Shown here: positions 1 through 12,550 of the stretch, in pieces | Layout: each line of letters begins with the position of its first letter | How positions within the stretch are numbered: the first letter of the stretch is position 1 | Assembly (NCBI GenBank): GCA_038087875.1 | Contig: CM075997.1 | Location: 496,001 to 560,000 of the forward strand | Reading direction: 5' to 3' | Length of the DNA stretch: 64,000 nt | From: Malacoraja senta | Taxonomy: Eukaryota | Notes under the pieces: model-generated | Seen by the model: the letters and a program-made list of their open reading frames with translations, nothing else | Databases searched by the model: none | What the model was told of the DNA's origin: nothing | Made by a program: the position numbers and the translations under genes

Positions 1-162
1 TCTGGAGAAGGGTCATGACCTGAAACGTCACCTATTCCTTTTCTCCAAGGTTGCTGCTTGTCCCACTGAGTCAATCTGGCACTTTGTGTCCTAAAGGGGT
101 AGAGGAACTGAGTGGGTCAGTCACAATCTTCAGAGAATCGGTCAGAATCAGTCAGGGTTCTT

Positions 163-476
163 GGGCGGCACGGTGACACAGCAGTAGTGTTGCTGCCCTA
201 CAGCGCCGTAGACCCGGGTTCCATTCTGACCACGGCTGCTGTCTGTACAAAGTTTATACGTTCTCCCGGTGACCGCGTAGGTTATCTCTGGGTGCTCCGG
301 TCTCCTCCCACACTCCAAAGACGTACAGGTTTGTAGGTTAATTGGCTTGGCATAAATGTAAAACTGTCCTTAGTGTGTGTAGGATAGTGTTAGTGTGCGG
401 GGTTCGCTGTTCGGCGCGGACTCGGTGGGCAGAAGGGCCTGTTTCCGCGCTGTTTCTCTAAACTAAACTAAAACTA
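163..476 (+). mobile_element. tRNA-derived V-SINE (HE1-like), near full length
   Basis: A-box-like GGCACGGTGACACAGCAGTAG, B-box-like GGGTTCCATTCT, V-domain-like core CTCCCACACTCCAAAGACGTAC, CR1-type tail GAAGGGCCTGTTTCCGCGCTG and terminal (CTAAA)n. Many copies in the window. Confidence 0.8.
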
Positions 477-1109
477 TTTGTAGAGTGAACGAACAGATGG
501 ATTTTGTCATGAAATTTGGTCAGGACCCATCTTCAGACTGATGTCTAGTCCCTGCCCAGATGCTGCATGACCCGCTGAGTACTTCTACTCAAGATTCGAG
601 CATCTGCAGTTTCTATGTCTCCATTGATTCTGCTAAATCAGTCCTTTAATTACAGACCCTCCTGCCTCTGGAACCGTTTCTACTTACCAATCAAATCCTT
701 TCCTCACCATAGAAATATTTTGGTTCTTTTGAAGTGGAGTTTAATTCACAGTAAAAAATTTCCTAGTTCAGTTACACCCGAGCCTCCACTGAAGATCTAA
801 TCTTGCCCACGCCATGTTTAAAAAAAAATTCACTTCCTTGACAAGACTAGCATTCATTCCCCATTCTGTTTGGCTTTGAGCAGTGTGGGAGGTGTGGGTC
901 GGTACGGTGGGTGGGGGGGGGGGGGGGGGGGGTGGTGGTGGGTGAGTAAATCACATTCCTGAACCGCTGCAGTGTTTGTGGTGAACAGGCTCTTGTGATG
1001 TTACAAAGAACTACAAATGAAGCACAAAGTGCTGGAATATCTCAGTGGATCAAGCAGAATCTCTGGAGGATATGGATACGCGATGTCGTCTGTGGTCGGG
1101 ACCCTTACG

Positions 1110-1399
1110 TTTTAGAGGTACAGCGCGGAAACAGGCTCTTCGGCTCACCGAATCCGCGCCGACCAGAGATTCCCGGTACACTAACACTATCCTACACACA
1201 CTTTTACAACTTTACTGAAGCCATTTAACCTATAAATCTGTACATCTTTGGAATGTGGGAGGAAACTGGAGCAACTGGAGAAAACCCACGCGGTCACGGA
1301 GAGAATGTACAAACTTTGTACAGACAGCACCAATAGTCAGGATCGAACCCGGGTCTCTGGTGCTGTAAGGCAGCAACTCTATTGCTACGCCAATGTGCC
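1110..1399 (-). mobile_element. HE1-like V-SINE
   Basis: Reverse complement of the 163-476 element (GGATCGAACCCGGGTCTCTGG, TTTGGAATGTGGGAGGAAAC). Confidence 0.75.
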
Positions 1400-1537
1400 A
1401 CTCTTCAGTAGTAGTGGAAAGAAAGCTGGAAGGGAGGTAGGGGCGGAACAAAGCCCAGCACTCTCAAACACCTTTCTCACTCAAATCTTGTCAAAACCTC
1501 TCATTTGTCTCCTTTGTTGCACCTTCCTGTATCCAAG

Positions 1538-1820
1538 GCACAGTGGCGCAGCAGGTAGAGCCGCTTCCTCACAATCCCAGAGGCCTAGGTTCGATCCTGA
1601 CCTCGGGAGCTGTACATGTGGAGGTTACAAGTTCTCCCTGTGACTGTGTGGGTTTCCACTGAGGGCTCTGGTGTCTTCCTGCATCCCCAAAACACACAGG
1701 CTTGTAGGTTAATTGCTGTAAATGACCCCTAGTGTCTAGAGAAAGTGGTATAACATAGAACTAGTGTGAACGGATGGACTTGCTGAAACAAATAGCCTGT
1801 TTCCATGTTTTGTCTTTAAA
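1538..1820 (+). mobile_element. HE1-like V-SINE, diverged
   Basis: GGCACAGTGGCGCAGCAGGTAGAG head, GGTTCGATCC B-box, same core and tail. Confidence 0.7.
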
Positions 1821-1837
1821 CCCCAACCGAATAACAT

Positions 1838-2186
1838 TTAGTGCAAGATTAAGTCCAGTAAAGTCCGATCAAAGATAGTCCGAGGGTCTCCAATGAGGTA
1901 GATAGTAGCTCAGGCCTGCTCTCTCTCTAGTTGTTGGTAGGATGGTTCAGTTGCCTGATAACAGCTGGGAAGAAGCTGTCCCTGAATCTGGAGGTGTGTG
2001 TTTTCACACTTCTGTACCTCTTGCCCGATGGGAGAGGGGAGAAGAGAAAGTGTGCAGATGCAACTAATCCTTGATTATGCTGCTGGCCTTGCCGAGGCAG
2101 CGTGAGGTGTAAATGGGGTCAATGGAAAGGAGGTTGATCCGTCAGATGGTCTGGGCTGCGTCCACAATTCTCTGCAATTTCTTGTG
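1838..2186 (-). mobile_element. Rex1/Babar-type LINE 3' fragment
   Basis: Minus-strand translation KKLQRIVDAAQTI resembles the RT C-terminal segment KALQRVVRSAERT of the element at 2982-4385. Confidence 0.55.
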
Positions 2187-2981
2187 GATGATATATATGT
2201 ATCTGGCATTGAAGACAGGGCTGAAGATTGTGAGCTGGTGCCTAGGACCCAGGCATTGCTTTGATTTGTTAAGGGCTGAGGTTACATGGTCGTCTCCCTG
2301 GTTGTAACCCAAACAATCAACAGGAAACCCGCTAGATTGCTGCTGCTGCCTCGCAAACACTCGTACCCATAAGGTTTTTGCGACTTCCTGTCATTGAAAG
2401 TGTGGCCGTTGAACGAGGAAAGGGGAGACAAAAAAATTCTGCGCAGAAGTTTAAAACAACCCGTTGTGAATGTACTGTTGGAAATTCTTAAAAACCCCAG
2501 TAACATTTAAAGGTTCTATTTTCCATTCTACTTATAGCTGGGGCCAGTGAGCTTTTGGAAAAAAAAATTGAAACCTCATTTAAAAATGGACGGATGAGTC
2601 AATGGAATACAAAAGAAAAAAACCACCACTTCTCGGCTTACCTAAGGTAACAGCCAGGCCAGTTGCTGTAGTAACCACTGGATATGACACATATCTTCCA
2701 GACTGACAAGGCTACCCCATTAAACCACGGCAAACCTTCAATGAAAAAGGCAGCAAGGTTAGAAGGCATCATTAAACCACAGAGGTTATTCAGGGCATTA
2801 GTGTTTATGCAATGAGAGGGACTTTTTGTAAGGGATTCCATCCATTCATAGGACAGAAGGGTGTATATTTAAACAGAGTTTGTTCATAAGTTGTTGGAGC
2901 AGAATTAGGCCATTCGGCCCATCAAGTCTATGCCGCCATTCAATCATGGCTGATTTATCTTTCCCTCTCAACCCCATTCTC

Positions 2982-4385
2982 CAGACTTGCCGAGAAGCTG
3001 CTGGAATTGGGGCTCAACACCCCCCTGTGTGCCTGGGTCCTGGACTTTCTCACCGCCAGGCCCCAGGTAGTCAAGATGGGAGGAAATACATCAAAGTCCC
3101 TCACCCTGAGCACAGGATCCCCCCAGGGTTGCGTCCTCAGCCCCCTACTGTGTTCCCTGTACACACATGACTGTGTCAGGTCAAGTCAAGTCACATTTAT
3201 TTATATAGCACATTTAAAAAACAACTCTCGTTGGCCAAAGTGCTTTACATTTGTTATAAGAATAGCATAAACAAAACAAACTACATACATATATACACGT
3301 AGCCCTCACTCAGAGGACATCAGGAAAGGCTTGCGAGTATAGATAAGTTTTTAGTCTTGACTTAAAAGAGTCGATGCAGGGGGCAGTTCTGATGGGAGGT
3401 TCAGGTTCAGCTTCAACCCCATTCAGCTCCAACCTGTGTGGCTAGGTTCAGCTCCAACTCTATAATCAAGTTTGCTGATGACACTGTGGTGGTGGGCCTG
3501 ATCTCCGATAACGATGAGAAGGCCTACCGGGAGGAGGTGGCTGATCTGGCACTCTGGTGTCAGGACAACAGCCTCCTCTTGAATATCAAAAAAACCAAGG
3601 AGCTGATCGTGGACTTTAGGAGGGCACATCATCCAAGGACGTACACACCATTGAAGATAAATGGGGATACTGTGGATAGGGTGAGCAGCTTTAAATACCT
3701 GGGAGTCCACATCTCAGAGGATCTGACATGGACATCACACGCTGCAGCATTGGTGAGTAAGGCAAGGCAGCGCCTTTACCACCTCAGGCAATTGAGGAAA
3801 TTCAGAGTGTCTCTGAGGATCCTCCAGTGCTTCTACTCAGCAGCTGTGGACAGCATCTTGTCGGAAACATCACAATTTGGTTTGGGAACTGCTCTGCCCA
3901 GGACAAAAAGGCTCTGCAGAGAGTAGTGCGTTCGGCTGAACGCACTATGGGAACTACACTCGCCCCCCTGCAGGAACTATACATCAGAAGATGCAACTCC
4001 AGAGCCAACAAGATCATGGGAGACTCCTTCCACCCCAGCAACGGACTGTTCCAGCTGCTACGGTCAGGTAAACGCCTCCATTGTCATGCTGTGAAAACAG
4101 AGAGGATGAGAAGGAGTTTCTTCCCAGAGGCCATTAGGATTGTAAACTCCTATCTCTCCAGGGACTAACTTTACTGGACCAACTTACTGTTGTGTGGTGT
4201 CTTTTTAAAAATTGCTCTTTTTTTCTTTTTTTCCACCCACAAATATGTAATATGTGAATATGTGATTCTGTTCCACTATGTTTGTAGTTTGTTTGTTTTT
4301 TTTTTTGCACAATCCGCAAGCATTGCCACTTTTCATTTCACTGCACATCTCGTATGGTTATGTGACGAATAAACTTGACTTGACT
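2982..4385 (+). mobile_element. 5'-truncated Rex1/Babar-clade LINE (reverse transcriptase remnant), interrupted and frameshifted
   Basis: RT motifs WVLDFLTARPQVV, GSPQGCVLSPLL, KFADD, KTKELIVDFRR, FKYLGVHI. Frameshift near 3868. 3' AATAAA followed by (CTTGA)n tail. Interrupted at 3177-3433. Confidence 0.9.
3177..3398 (-). mobile_element. L2-like LINE 3' end inserted into the Rex1 element
   Basis: Minus strand reads ...TGTAAAGCACTTTGG...ATAAATAAATGTGACTTGACTTGAC, resembling an L2-type 3' tail. It splits the RT frame at YTHDCV/ARFSSN. Confidence 0.55.
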
Positions 4386-4880
4386 TCTCCCCATAACCTC
4401 TGACACCTGTACTAATCAAGAATTTATCAATCTCCACCTTAAAAATATCCATTGAGTTGGCCTCTGTGACAATGAATTCCATAGCTGGCAAGTTCTGACC
4501 TTCCTTCAATGGAAGTTGGAGTGGAGAAGGTGACGTGTAGTTGAAAGGCTATCCTTGTATTTTGTTTCAGAAGCAAAAATAAAACCAGATAGAAGGGGGT
4601 TATTGCTGTACCCTCTTCTGCAATTGTGGTTCCCTACTCCCATGGGTTGGTCGGGAGGCACCAGGAAGTGTAGGTGACAAGGGGCATGGATAAGGTGATT
4701 GAGGGGCATTGATGGTGTAAATGTGCAACTGGAACGACATAGAACCAGTGTATGGGTGATCGTTGGTCAGCTTGGACTTGGTGGGCCGAAGGGCCTATTG
4801 TCACGCTGCATCTCTAAACTAATCTAGATTCCTAGCCATTACGGTGAACAAAGCCAGGGAGGAAACTCAAAATAAATTAG

Positions 4881-5495
4881 GCAATAGACAATAGGTGCAG
4901 GAGTAGGCCATTTGGCCCTTCGAGCCAGCACCGCCATTCAATGTGATCATGGCTGATCATCCCCAATCAGTACCCCGTTCCTGCCTTCTCCCCATATCCC
5001 CTGACTCTGCTATTTTTAAGAGCCCTATCTAGCTCTCTCTTGAAAGCATCCAGAGAACCTGCCTCCACCGCCCTCTGATGCAGAGAATTCCACAGTCACC
5101 ACTCTCTGTGAGAAAAAGTGTTTCCTCGTCTCTGTTCTAAATGGCTTACTCCTTATTCTTAAACTGTGGCCCCTGGTTCTGGATTCCCCCAACATCGGGA
5201 ACATGTGGTCTGAGGAAGGGTTTCGGCCCGAAACGTTACCTGTTTCCTTCGCTCCATAGATGCTGCTGCCCCCGCTGAGTTTCTCCAGCATTTTTGTGTA
5301 CCATCGGGAACATGTTTCCTGCCTCTAGTGTGTCCAAGCCCTTAATAATCTTATATGTTTCAATGAGATGCCCTCTCATCCTTCTAAACTCCAGAGTGTA
5401 CAAGCCCAGCTGCTCCATTCTCTCAGGATAGGACAGTCCCGCCATCCCGGGAATTAACCTTGTAAACTTACGCTGCACTCCCTCAATAGCAAGAA
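4881..5495 (-). mobile_element. CR1 (HER1-like) LINE 3' fragment
   Basis: Minus-strand peptides QRKFTRLIPGMAGLSYPERMEQLGLYTLEFRRMRGHLIETYKIIKG and RTRGHSLRI are typical CR1 ORF2 C-terminus. Interrupted at 5207-5301. Confidence 0.9.
5207..5301 (+). mobile_element. 95-nt solo Penelope-type terminal unit carrying a hammerhead motif
   Basis: Flanked by the exact 14-bp duplication CATCGGGAACATGT (5193-5206, 5302-5315). Contains CTGAGGA-A-GGGT-TTCG-GCCC-GAAA-CG-TT at 5210-5237. Confidence 0.8.
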
Positions 5496-5613
5496 TTCTT
5501 GTTTATTGTATGATGGAAACAATTGCTTGACTGAACGGAACGATTGGAAAGACGTGGTTGACCACACTGTTAACTGTCTTATCTGTACATTTAGGAGATG
5601 TTATCTCTTCTGA

Positions 5614-5929
5614 TGGTGGCACAGCGGTAAAGTTGCTGCCTTACACCACTTACAGCGCCAGAGACCTGGGTTCGATCCCGACAACAGGTGCTGTCTGTAT
5701 GCTGTTTGTACATTCTCCCTGTGACCGCGTGGGTTTTCTACGAAATCTTCAGTTTACTCCTACATTCTAAAGACTTACAGGTTTGTAGGTTAATTGGCTT
5801 GGTATAAATGTAAAAAAACTGTGTCCCTAGTGTGTGTAGGATAGTGTTAATGCGCGGGGATCGGTGGTTAGTGCGGACTCTGTGGGTCGAAGGGCCTATT
5901 TACGTGCTGTATTTCTAAACTAAACTAAA
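5614..5929 (+). mobile_element. HE1-like V-SINE
   Basis: Same head, core and (CTAAA)n tail as 163-476. Confidence 0.75.
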
Positions 5930-8062
5930 TTCGAAAGCACCTTTACTCAGTGACTTGACAGGACAAAGGTCTAATGTACTTTACCAAGAGTCATGCAAGT
6001 ATTGAAAGAACGCACGTAGATTTTCGTTTACATTACACGATTGGCGTCAAGACTTCATGGAGGATTCATCACAGAACCTTGCCTGAGAACCATGAGTCAT
6101 AGTTGCCCGAGCTACTACACCATTTCTTTGAGTTGTTGATTCATATTTTGCCAATTCACAATTCACACATCTGAGTTACGTGTGACTGAAGAGGAAGCCT
6201 TATCATTTTGAAGCCCTGCCTGGTAATCAAAGGCCAGGAGCCAAAAGTCCCATGTGAACGGAGTAGTCTAGTCACCGAATCAATATCAGACCTAGACCCA
6301 GGCCCTGCCATCTCTTGGAATTCCCCCTTAACCATACCTGGTCAAAAGTGAGGGAGAACGGGGCAGACTGCAGTAAGACATCAAGGTGATTGAGGATAGA
6401 CACAAAGTGCTGGAGTAACTCTCTGGAGCACGGAGCCACTCCATGGATCCTGTGGCATGGTTCCCAGAGCAGACTGCCCAGCTTAATAGTCAGGGGTGTG
6501 CACATCCTGTGAATGAATGAGTTAAAATAAAACACTGGAGGGGTTTTCTCTCTTTTTGCATGACTAATTTGTTTCAAACGAGCTGACAGAGTAAGTGGTG
6601 GAAGCGGATATAATCACAACATTTATGAGACATTTGGACAGATACATGGGTAGGAAAGTTTTGGAGGCATGTGGACCAAATGCAGGCACATGGGACTAGT
6701 TCAGATAGACATCTTGGCTGGCATGGATGGGTGGGCCGAAGGCCCTGATTCCATGCTGTATACTCCTTGACTCTAAGATAGCCAGAGCAACCTGAAATCT
6801 GGACACACGGACAAGAGAAACACAAGGAATGGCAGATGCTGGTTTACTAAAAGGCACCATTAATGGTTCAATAGTTTAATGGAACTTTATTTCTCAAATA
6901 TGCAACTTCACAGTGAAATTCCTTTTGCATATATTACACATGCTGGTGCTGCCATTTTTAGCTCCATTATTCAAAGTCTAAAGTCTGCTCGGCCCACACG
7001 CTCAGTGTACTGGAGTAGTTCCTGTGAATCTTCATCCCTCTCCTCGCCCAGACATCAAGGTGCTGGAATTAATCAGCAGATCAGACAGCATTTCTGGAGA
7101 AGATGGATGGGTGATGTTTCTGGGATTCCTCCATATCTCCATTCAAAAGGCACGTCCTTTTATTCTGAGGCTCTGCCCTCTGGTCCTAGGTAGACACAAA
7201 AAGCTGGAGTAACTCAGCGGGACAGGCAGCATATCTGGAGAGAAGGAATGGGTGACGTTTCGGGTCGAGACCCTTCTTCATACCCGTCTGCCTGTCCCGC
7301 TGAGTTACTCCAGCTTTTTGTGTCTATTTTCGGTTTAAAACGACACCTGCAGTTCCTTCCCGCACATTCCCTCTGGTTCTAGACTCACCCACTACTGGAA
7401 ACATCTTCTCCACATCCACATACCTTGTCAAAGAATCAGTTCAGGTACAAAGGATCAAGAGGCCTCTTTCTGTGGTTTATTATAATAATCGGAATATTGG
7501 GACTCTTCTTCAGACCAGATATGCAGATATCTTGATCCAAGGGCAGACCTGCCAATTTGTCCAGATAGCACTGCCTCTCCCAGAAACAAAAGCCACTTGG
7601 ATGGTTTTTACCAACGTTTGGCCCTACAGACAACTGCTGTGTTCTCCACAGCTGTGGCAATGTCTGAGATCAATTCACTAACATCAGTCATTACTGATCT
7701 GAGAAATCAGTTTCACCTCTGAGCCTTTGTGATTTCAGTGCTGTGTTCCATGAAAAAAATGGTATTCATTTATTGAGAACAAACCCATGTGTTAAATTGG
7801 CTGCTCTACCGCACAACGGCACGGTATGAATAGTTGAATGTTACTGGCAGACTGTGGCCAAAGTCTCAGCATTTCTTAGATTTCTCTCAACCTTGACGAC
7901 TGCTGGAAATCGGAGTGACTTATCTACCATGAAAGTTAATTTATCTAAAGAATATTTTCCTTTTCTACAGTAAACTCAATCGATTGTTCCGGATCCCCCG
8001 CTGACACACCTACACTTTCACTTCCATCATCACTTGCAAAAACAGAAAACAATATTTATTTT

Positions 8063-8498
8063 TGAAGGTAGACACAAAATGCTGGAGTAACTCAGCAGAA
8101 CAGGCAGCATCACTGGAGTGAAGGAACGGGTGACGTTTTGTGTCGAGACCCTTCTTCAGACTGGTTAGGGATAAGGGAATCGAGAGATATAGATGGTGAT
8201 GTGGAGAGATAAAGACCAATGAATGAAAGATATGCAAAAAAGTAACGATGATAAAAGAAACAGGCCATTGTTAGCTGTTTGTAGGGTGAAAATGAGAAGC
8301 TGGTGCGACTTGGGTGGGGGAGGGATAGAGAGAGGAAATGCCGGGGCTACCTGAAGAGAGAGAAATCAACATTCATACCACTGCCCAAGCAAAATATGAG
8401 ACGCTGTTCCTCCAATTTGCGTTTACCCTCACTCTGACAATGGAGGAGACCTAGAACAGAAAGGTCTGTTTTGGAATGGGAAGGAGAATTAAAGTGAC
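8063..8498 (-). mobile_element. Penelope-like element 3' end (GIY-YIG endonuclease C-terminus, 3' UTR, hammerhead-bearing terminal repeat)
   Basis: Minus ORF end HFNSPSHSKTDLSVLGLLHCQSEGKRKLEEQRLIFCLGS..GMNVDF* resembles the Penelope GIY-YIG tail. It is followed on the same strand by a degenerate hammerhead repeat at 8132-8159. Confidence 0.75.
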
Positions 8499-9269
8499 TG
8501 GTCTCGACCTGAAATGTCATCCCATGTCCTTCAGGGATGCTGTCTGTCTGTGATGTATTGTGGACAGGTGATCGATGGACTCGGTGGGCTGAAGGGCCTG
8601 TTTCCATGCTGTATCTTTCAAACAATAAAATTAAAACTGCTTAACATAAGAAAATGTTTGGAAGCTTAAATACAGATGGCACAAGAAATGATGGAAAAAC
8701 AGATGGTGTGGTTGGGATGCTGGCTTGTGTACCAGCAATGTCAATGTTTTCATCTGTGGGTTAATGTTTTCATCTTCCCTCTGACTCAGCCGGGAAAGCA
8801 CATTACACTCCAGAGACTTGAGCACAAAAGTCTGGCCTGGTTCTCCTGAAACAATGCAGGGGGGAACAGCTGAAACCAAATCACAAAGCACTGGATTGCA
8901 GGCCATGTGGCATCTTGGAAAAAAGGAAATAGAGTTAACATTGCAATTCTGATGAGGGATTTTTTTGACATGAAATGCTAACTCTTGGGCAGATACATGG
9001 ATAGGAAATGTTGAGAGGGAAATGGGCCAATCGTAGGCAAATGGACTAGCTTAGATGTGGCATAACAACCGGAGCATGGACTGGACTTGGAAATTGGCAC
9101 CAAATCATGGCGCCTCTTGCTCGCGGGCTCAGTAGACTATTCCTGTACAATTGCTAATCTGGGATGTGTAAGAAAGAACTGCTTAGATGCTGGTTTGAAT
9201 CAAAGGTAGACACAAAATTCTGGAGTAACTCAGCGGGTGAGGGAGCATCTCTGGAGAGGAGGAATGGTC

Positions 9270-9297
9270 GACGTTTCGGGTCGAGACCCTTCTTCAG
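9270..9297 (-). ncRNA. Minimal type I hammerhead ribozyme core (putative)
   Basis: Minus strand CTGAAGA-A-GGGT-CTCG-ACCC-GAAA-CG-TC, an intact core. Confidence 0.55.
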
Positions 9298-11814
9298 CTA
9301 ATCTGGGATGGTACAGTGATACTCGACTGGACTGTTTGTAAGAAAATAATTTCATTGTATGTTTGCACATACGCACATGTGACAATAAAGGACCGTTGAA
9401 CCATCTTGGTCAGCATGAGTTGGGCCGAAGGGCCTATTTCCGTGCTGTATGATTCTATGACTCGATATGACTCCCCACAGATGCTGTGTGTTGCCAGCAT
9501 TTTCAGTTTTTTTTATTGCAGATGAATTTTTGTTTTGTTTATTCACAGTAAATTTGTGAAAATCCAGCACTCTTGGTTCTTTGATGGAGCTGGACTGGAA
9601 GACTTTCTGAACTATTGTATATCACTCATATCAATATGTCAACATTGACAATTCACATGTTTAAATTTCCTGGTGCAACAACTCCATTGCACAGGAGCAC
9701 AAGAGGCTGTAGAGACAGAGTGGTGGACTCAGCCCTGTCCATCATGGGCACCATTAAAAACATCTACATAGGATGCTGCCTCAAGAATGTGGCATCGACC
9801 ATCACAGATCCCTACCATCCGGGCCATGACCTCTTCTAACTGCTACCATAGAGCAGGAGGTGCAGAAGCCTTAAGTCCCTTCACTATTAGGTTCAGGAAC
9901 AACCATCACGTTCTGGAACCAACCCAGATAACCCTAACCACAACTACCGAACATTACAAATCATCTTTTGCACTACCATGGACTTGTTTCTAATTGTGTT
10001 GTTGTTGAACTATCTTGTTTTACACAATCTTTTTTCACTGTCTTGTATAATTTATGTTCAGTGATGCTTGCAGCTTCTCAAGAGGGGTCTCAGCCTCAAA
10101 TATCACCTATTCATATTCTCTAGAGATGATGCCTGACCTTCTGAGTTACTCCAGTACTGTGTTTCCATTTATGTTCTGTGTATTTGCCCTGTGCTGCTGC
10201 TGCAAGCAAAATTTTCATTGTACCTGTATCTCACCTTGTACATATGACAAAAAACTCGATTTGTGTAGGAAGGAACATCAGATGCTGGTTTACACCGAAG
10301 ATAGACACAAAATGTTGGAGTCACTGAGCAGGTCAGGAAGCACCTCTGGAGGAAAGGAATAGGTGACGTTTCGGGTCGAGACCTGTTGGTTTAGGTTTAA
10401 TATTGTCACGTGTATTGAGGTACAGTGGAAAGCTTTGTTTTGTAAGCTATGCAATCAGATCAGATACCATACATAAATACAATCGTCAAAAACTCAAGTA
10501 CAATGGATAGATGCATTTCAAGATGAAAGATTGTATGGTACTGTAAGTAAATATTGTATTACAGTATAATAAAGTTTCCACTGAGGCCTGTGAGTTTAAA
10601 AGGAGTGTGGGAAACTGATTGAGCCAGATGTTGAAAGCAGAATCAGAGATTTATTGTACGAACATAACTGCACTGTTGGAAGTGGTGTTTTTCAGATTTT
10701 AAATTGTCCTCTTAGGTGAGTATAAAACATCTAAAAGCATTCCTTTGAAGAAGAGAAAGGGGAGTTCTCTCTTATGTCCCCGACTAACATTTATCCGTCA
10801 CTCCAAACTGATGGGATAGATTACTTGGTCATGATGACAATGTTCTTTGGGGGAATGTATTTTGTGCAATTTGACTGCCCGCTTCTCATATTTCAACAGT
10901 GACAACACTTTAAAGGTATTCAAAGGCTATAAAGCTTCTCAGTATCAGTGAGAAAAACCCTTGAGGATGCTGGAAATTTGAGAAACAACCAGTGTTTCAG
11001 GTCTGTAAACCTTCTTTAGAACTGGGGAAGAGAGAAATAAGAGTAAGTTTTGGTATGGACAGAACAAAGTCCATCACACAAACCAGTCTCCCCCTTTCAT
11101 TCTCCCCATACTTCACGATGCCTTGGGAAAGCAGCCAACATTATCAAGGAACATGTATACCCTGGTCATTCCCTCTTCACCCCTCTCCTATCGGGCAGAA
11201 GATCGTCCCGAAACGTCACCCATTCCTCCCCTCCAGAGATGCTGCCTCTCGTGCTTCTGCTTTTTGTGTCTATCTTCGGTTTAAACCAGCATCTGCAGTT
11301 CCTTCCTACACATTAAAGTGATAGGCAACAGGTAGCCCAAGGTTATATCTGTGGACTGGGCACAGATGCTCTGCCAAGCACTCAGGTATGTTGTTTAGGT
11401 CCCTCGAGAAATACAGATCTTTCTTTTCCAGATAGACACAAAGTGCTGGAGTAACTCAGTAGGTCAGGCAACATTTCTGGAGAAAATGAATAGGTGACAT
11501 TTCGGGTTGGGACACTTCTTTCTTTTTTAATATGATTAAGGGTTCACTTTGTCCTTACACATGTACATTTCTGAATGGAAGTCTTTGACCAGATGTACTG
11601 TAGGGATTGCCACTGGGACCTTTGTTGGTTGTGATATACATTGATGACTTGTTTATGAATGTAGAGGGAATGATTAGTAAATCTGCAGAACAGAAGCAGG
11701 GCATATAGAGTAAAAAAAAATATTTTGCTGTACCTCGGTACAGTTGACAATAATAAATACCAGAATGTAAGACACTAAGGAACATCAATGAACACAGGAA
11801 CCATGGGGTTCAAG

Positions 11815-12550
11815 TGCATGCTTCCCTTAATGTGGCAGCACAGGTAGATTTAATGATGAAGAAGGCATGGTCTCGACCTGAAACGTCACCCATTCCTTCT
11901 CTCCAGAGATGCTGCCTGTCCCGCTGAGTTACTCCAGCTTTTTGTGTCTATATTCAAGGCATATGCCGTTTGGCTTCGTAGATTGGGGCATAAAATATAA
12001 AAGTTGGGACATTACGTGGCAACTTTAGAAAACATTGGTTAGACCGCACTTGGAAAATTGTGTGTGGTTCTGGTTGTCACACTGGAGGAAGGATGTGGGT
12101 TACACTATACAGAGTGCAGAGGAGGTTCACCAGGATATTATCTGGATTCAAAGACTTTATTTATGGGCAGTGATTGGAGAGGCTGAGCTTATTTCTCCTG
12201 CAGCATAGGAGGCTGAGAGGTATAGAGGTATATATAAAATTATTAGGCATGAATAGGGTAGAATCTTTATTGCCTGGTAAATGTATCAAAAACAAGAGGG
12301 CATAGGTTTAAGGTGAGAAGATGGAGTTTAAAAAGGATTTGCGGGACAAATTATCACAGGGAGTGATAATTGGAACATTTTGCTGGAGGAGGTGGTGGAA
12401 TTTGATACCATGAGAACATTTAACAGACATTTAGACGGGCACCTGAATAGGCAAGACATTGAAGTGTATGGACTAAGATAGGCAAATGGGATCATTGATG
12501 ATGGGCAAAATGAGCATAGTGGGTTGAAGCTGTGCTGTACAACTCTCTGA
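11815..12550 (+). mobile_element. Degraded CR1 LINE fragment with nested Penelope-type repeat
   Basis: CR1-like segments (GGTTAGACCGCACTTGGA, ACAAGAGGGCATAGGTTTAAGGTGAG), interrupted at ~11869-11955 by the hammerhead-family repeat. Confidence 0.6.

Noticed and set aside
163..240. tRNA-like sequence
   Set aside because: It is the SINE head and does not form a complete cloverleaf.
7424..7700. Unique segment with minus-strand splice-like signals and a short hydrophobic + frame (GLFLWFIIIIGILGLFF)
   Set aside because: All frames contain stops and no homology was recognised. A non-coding exon cannot be excluded or supported without RNA data.
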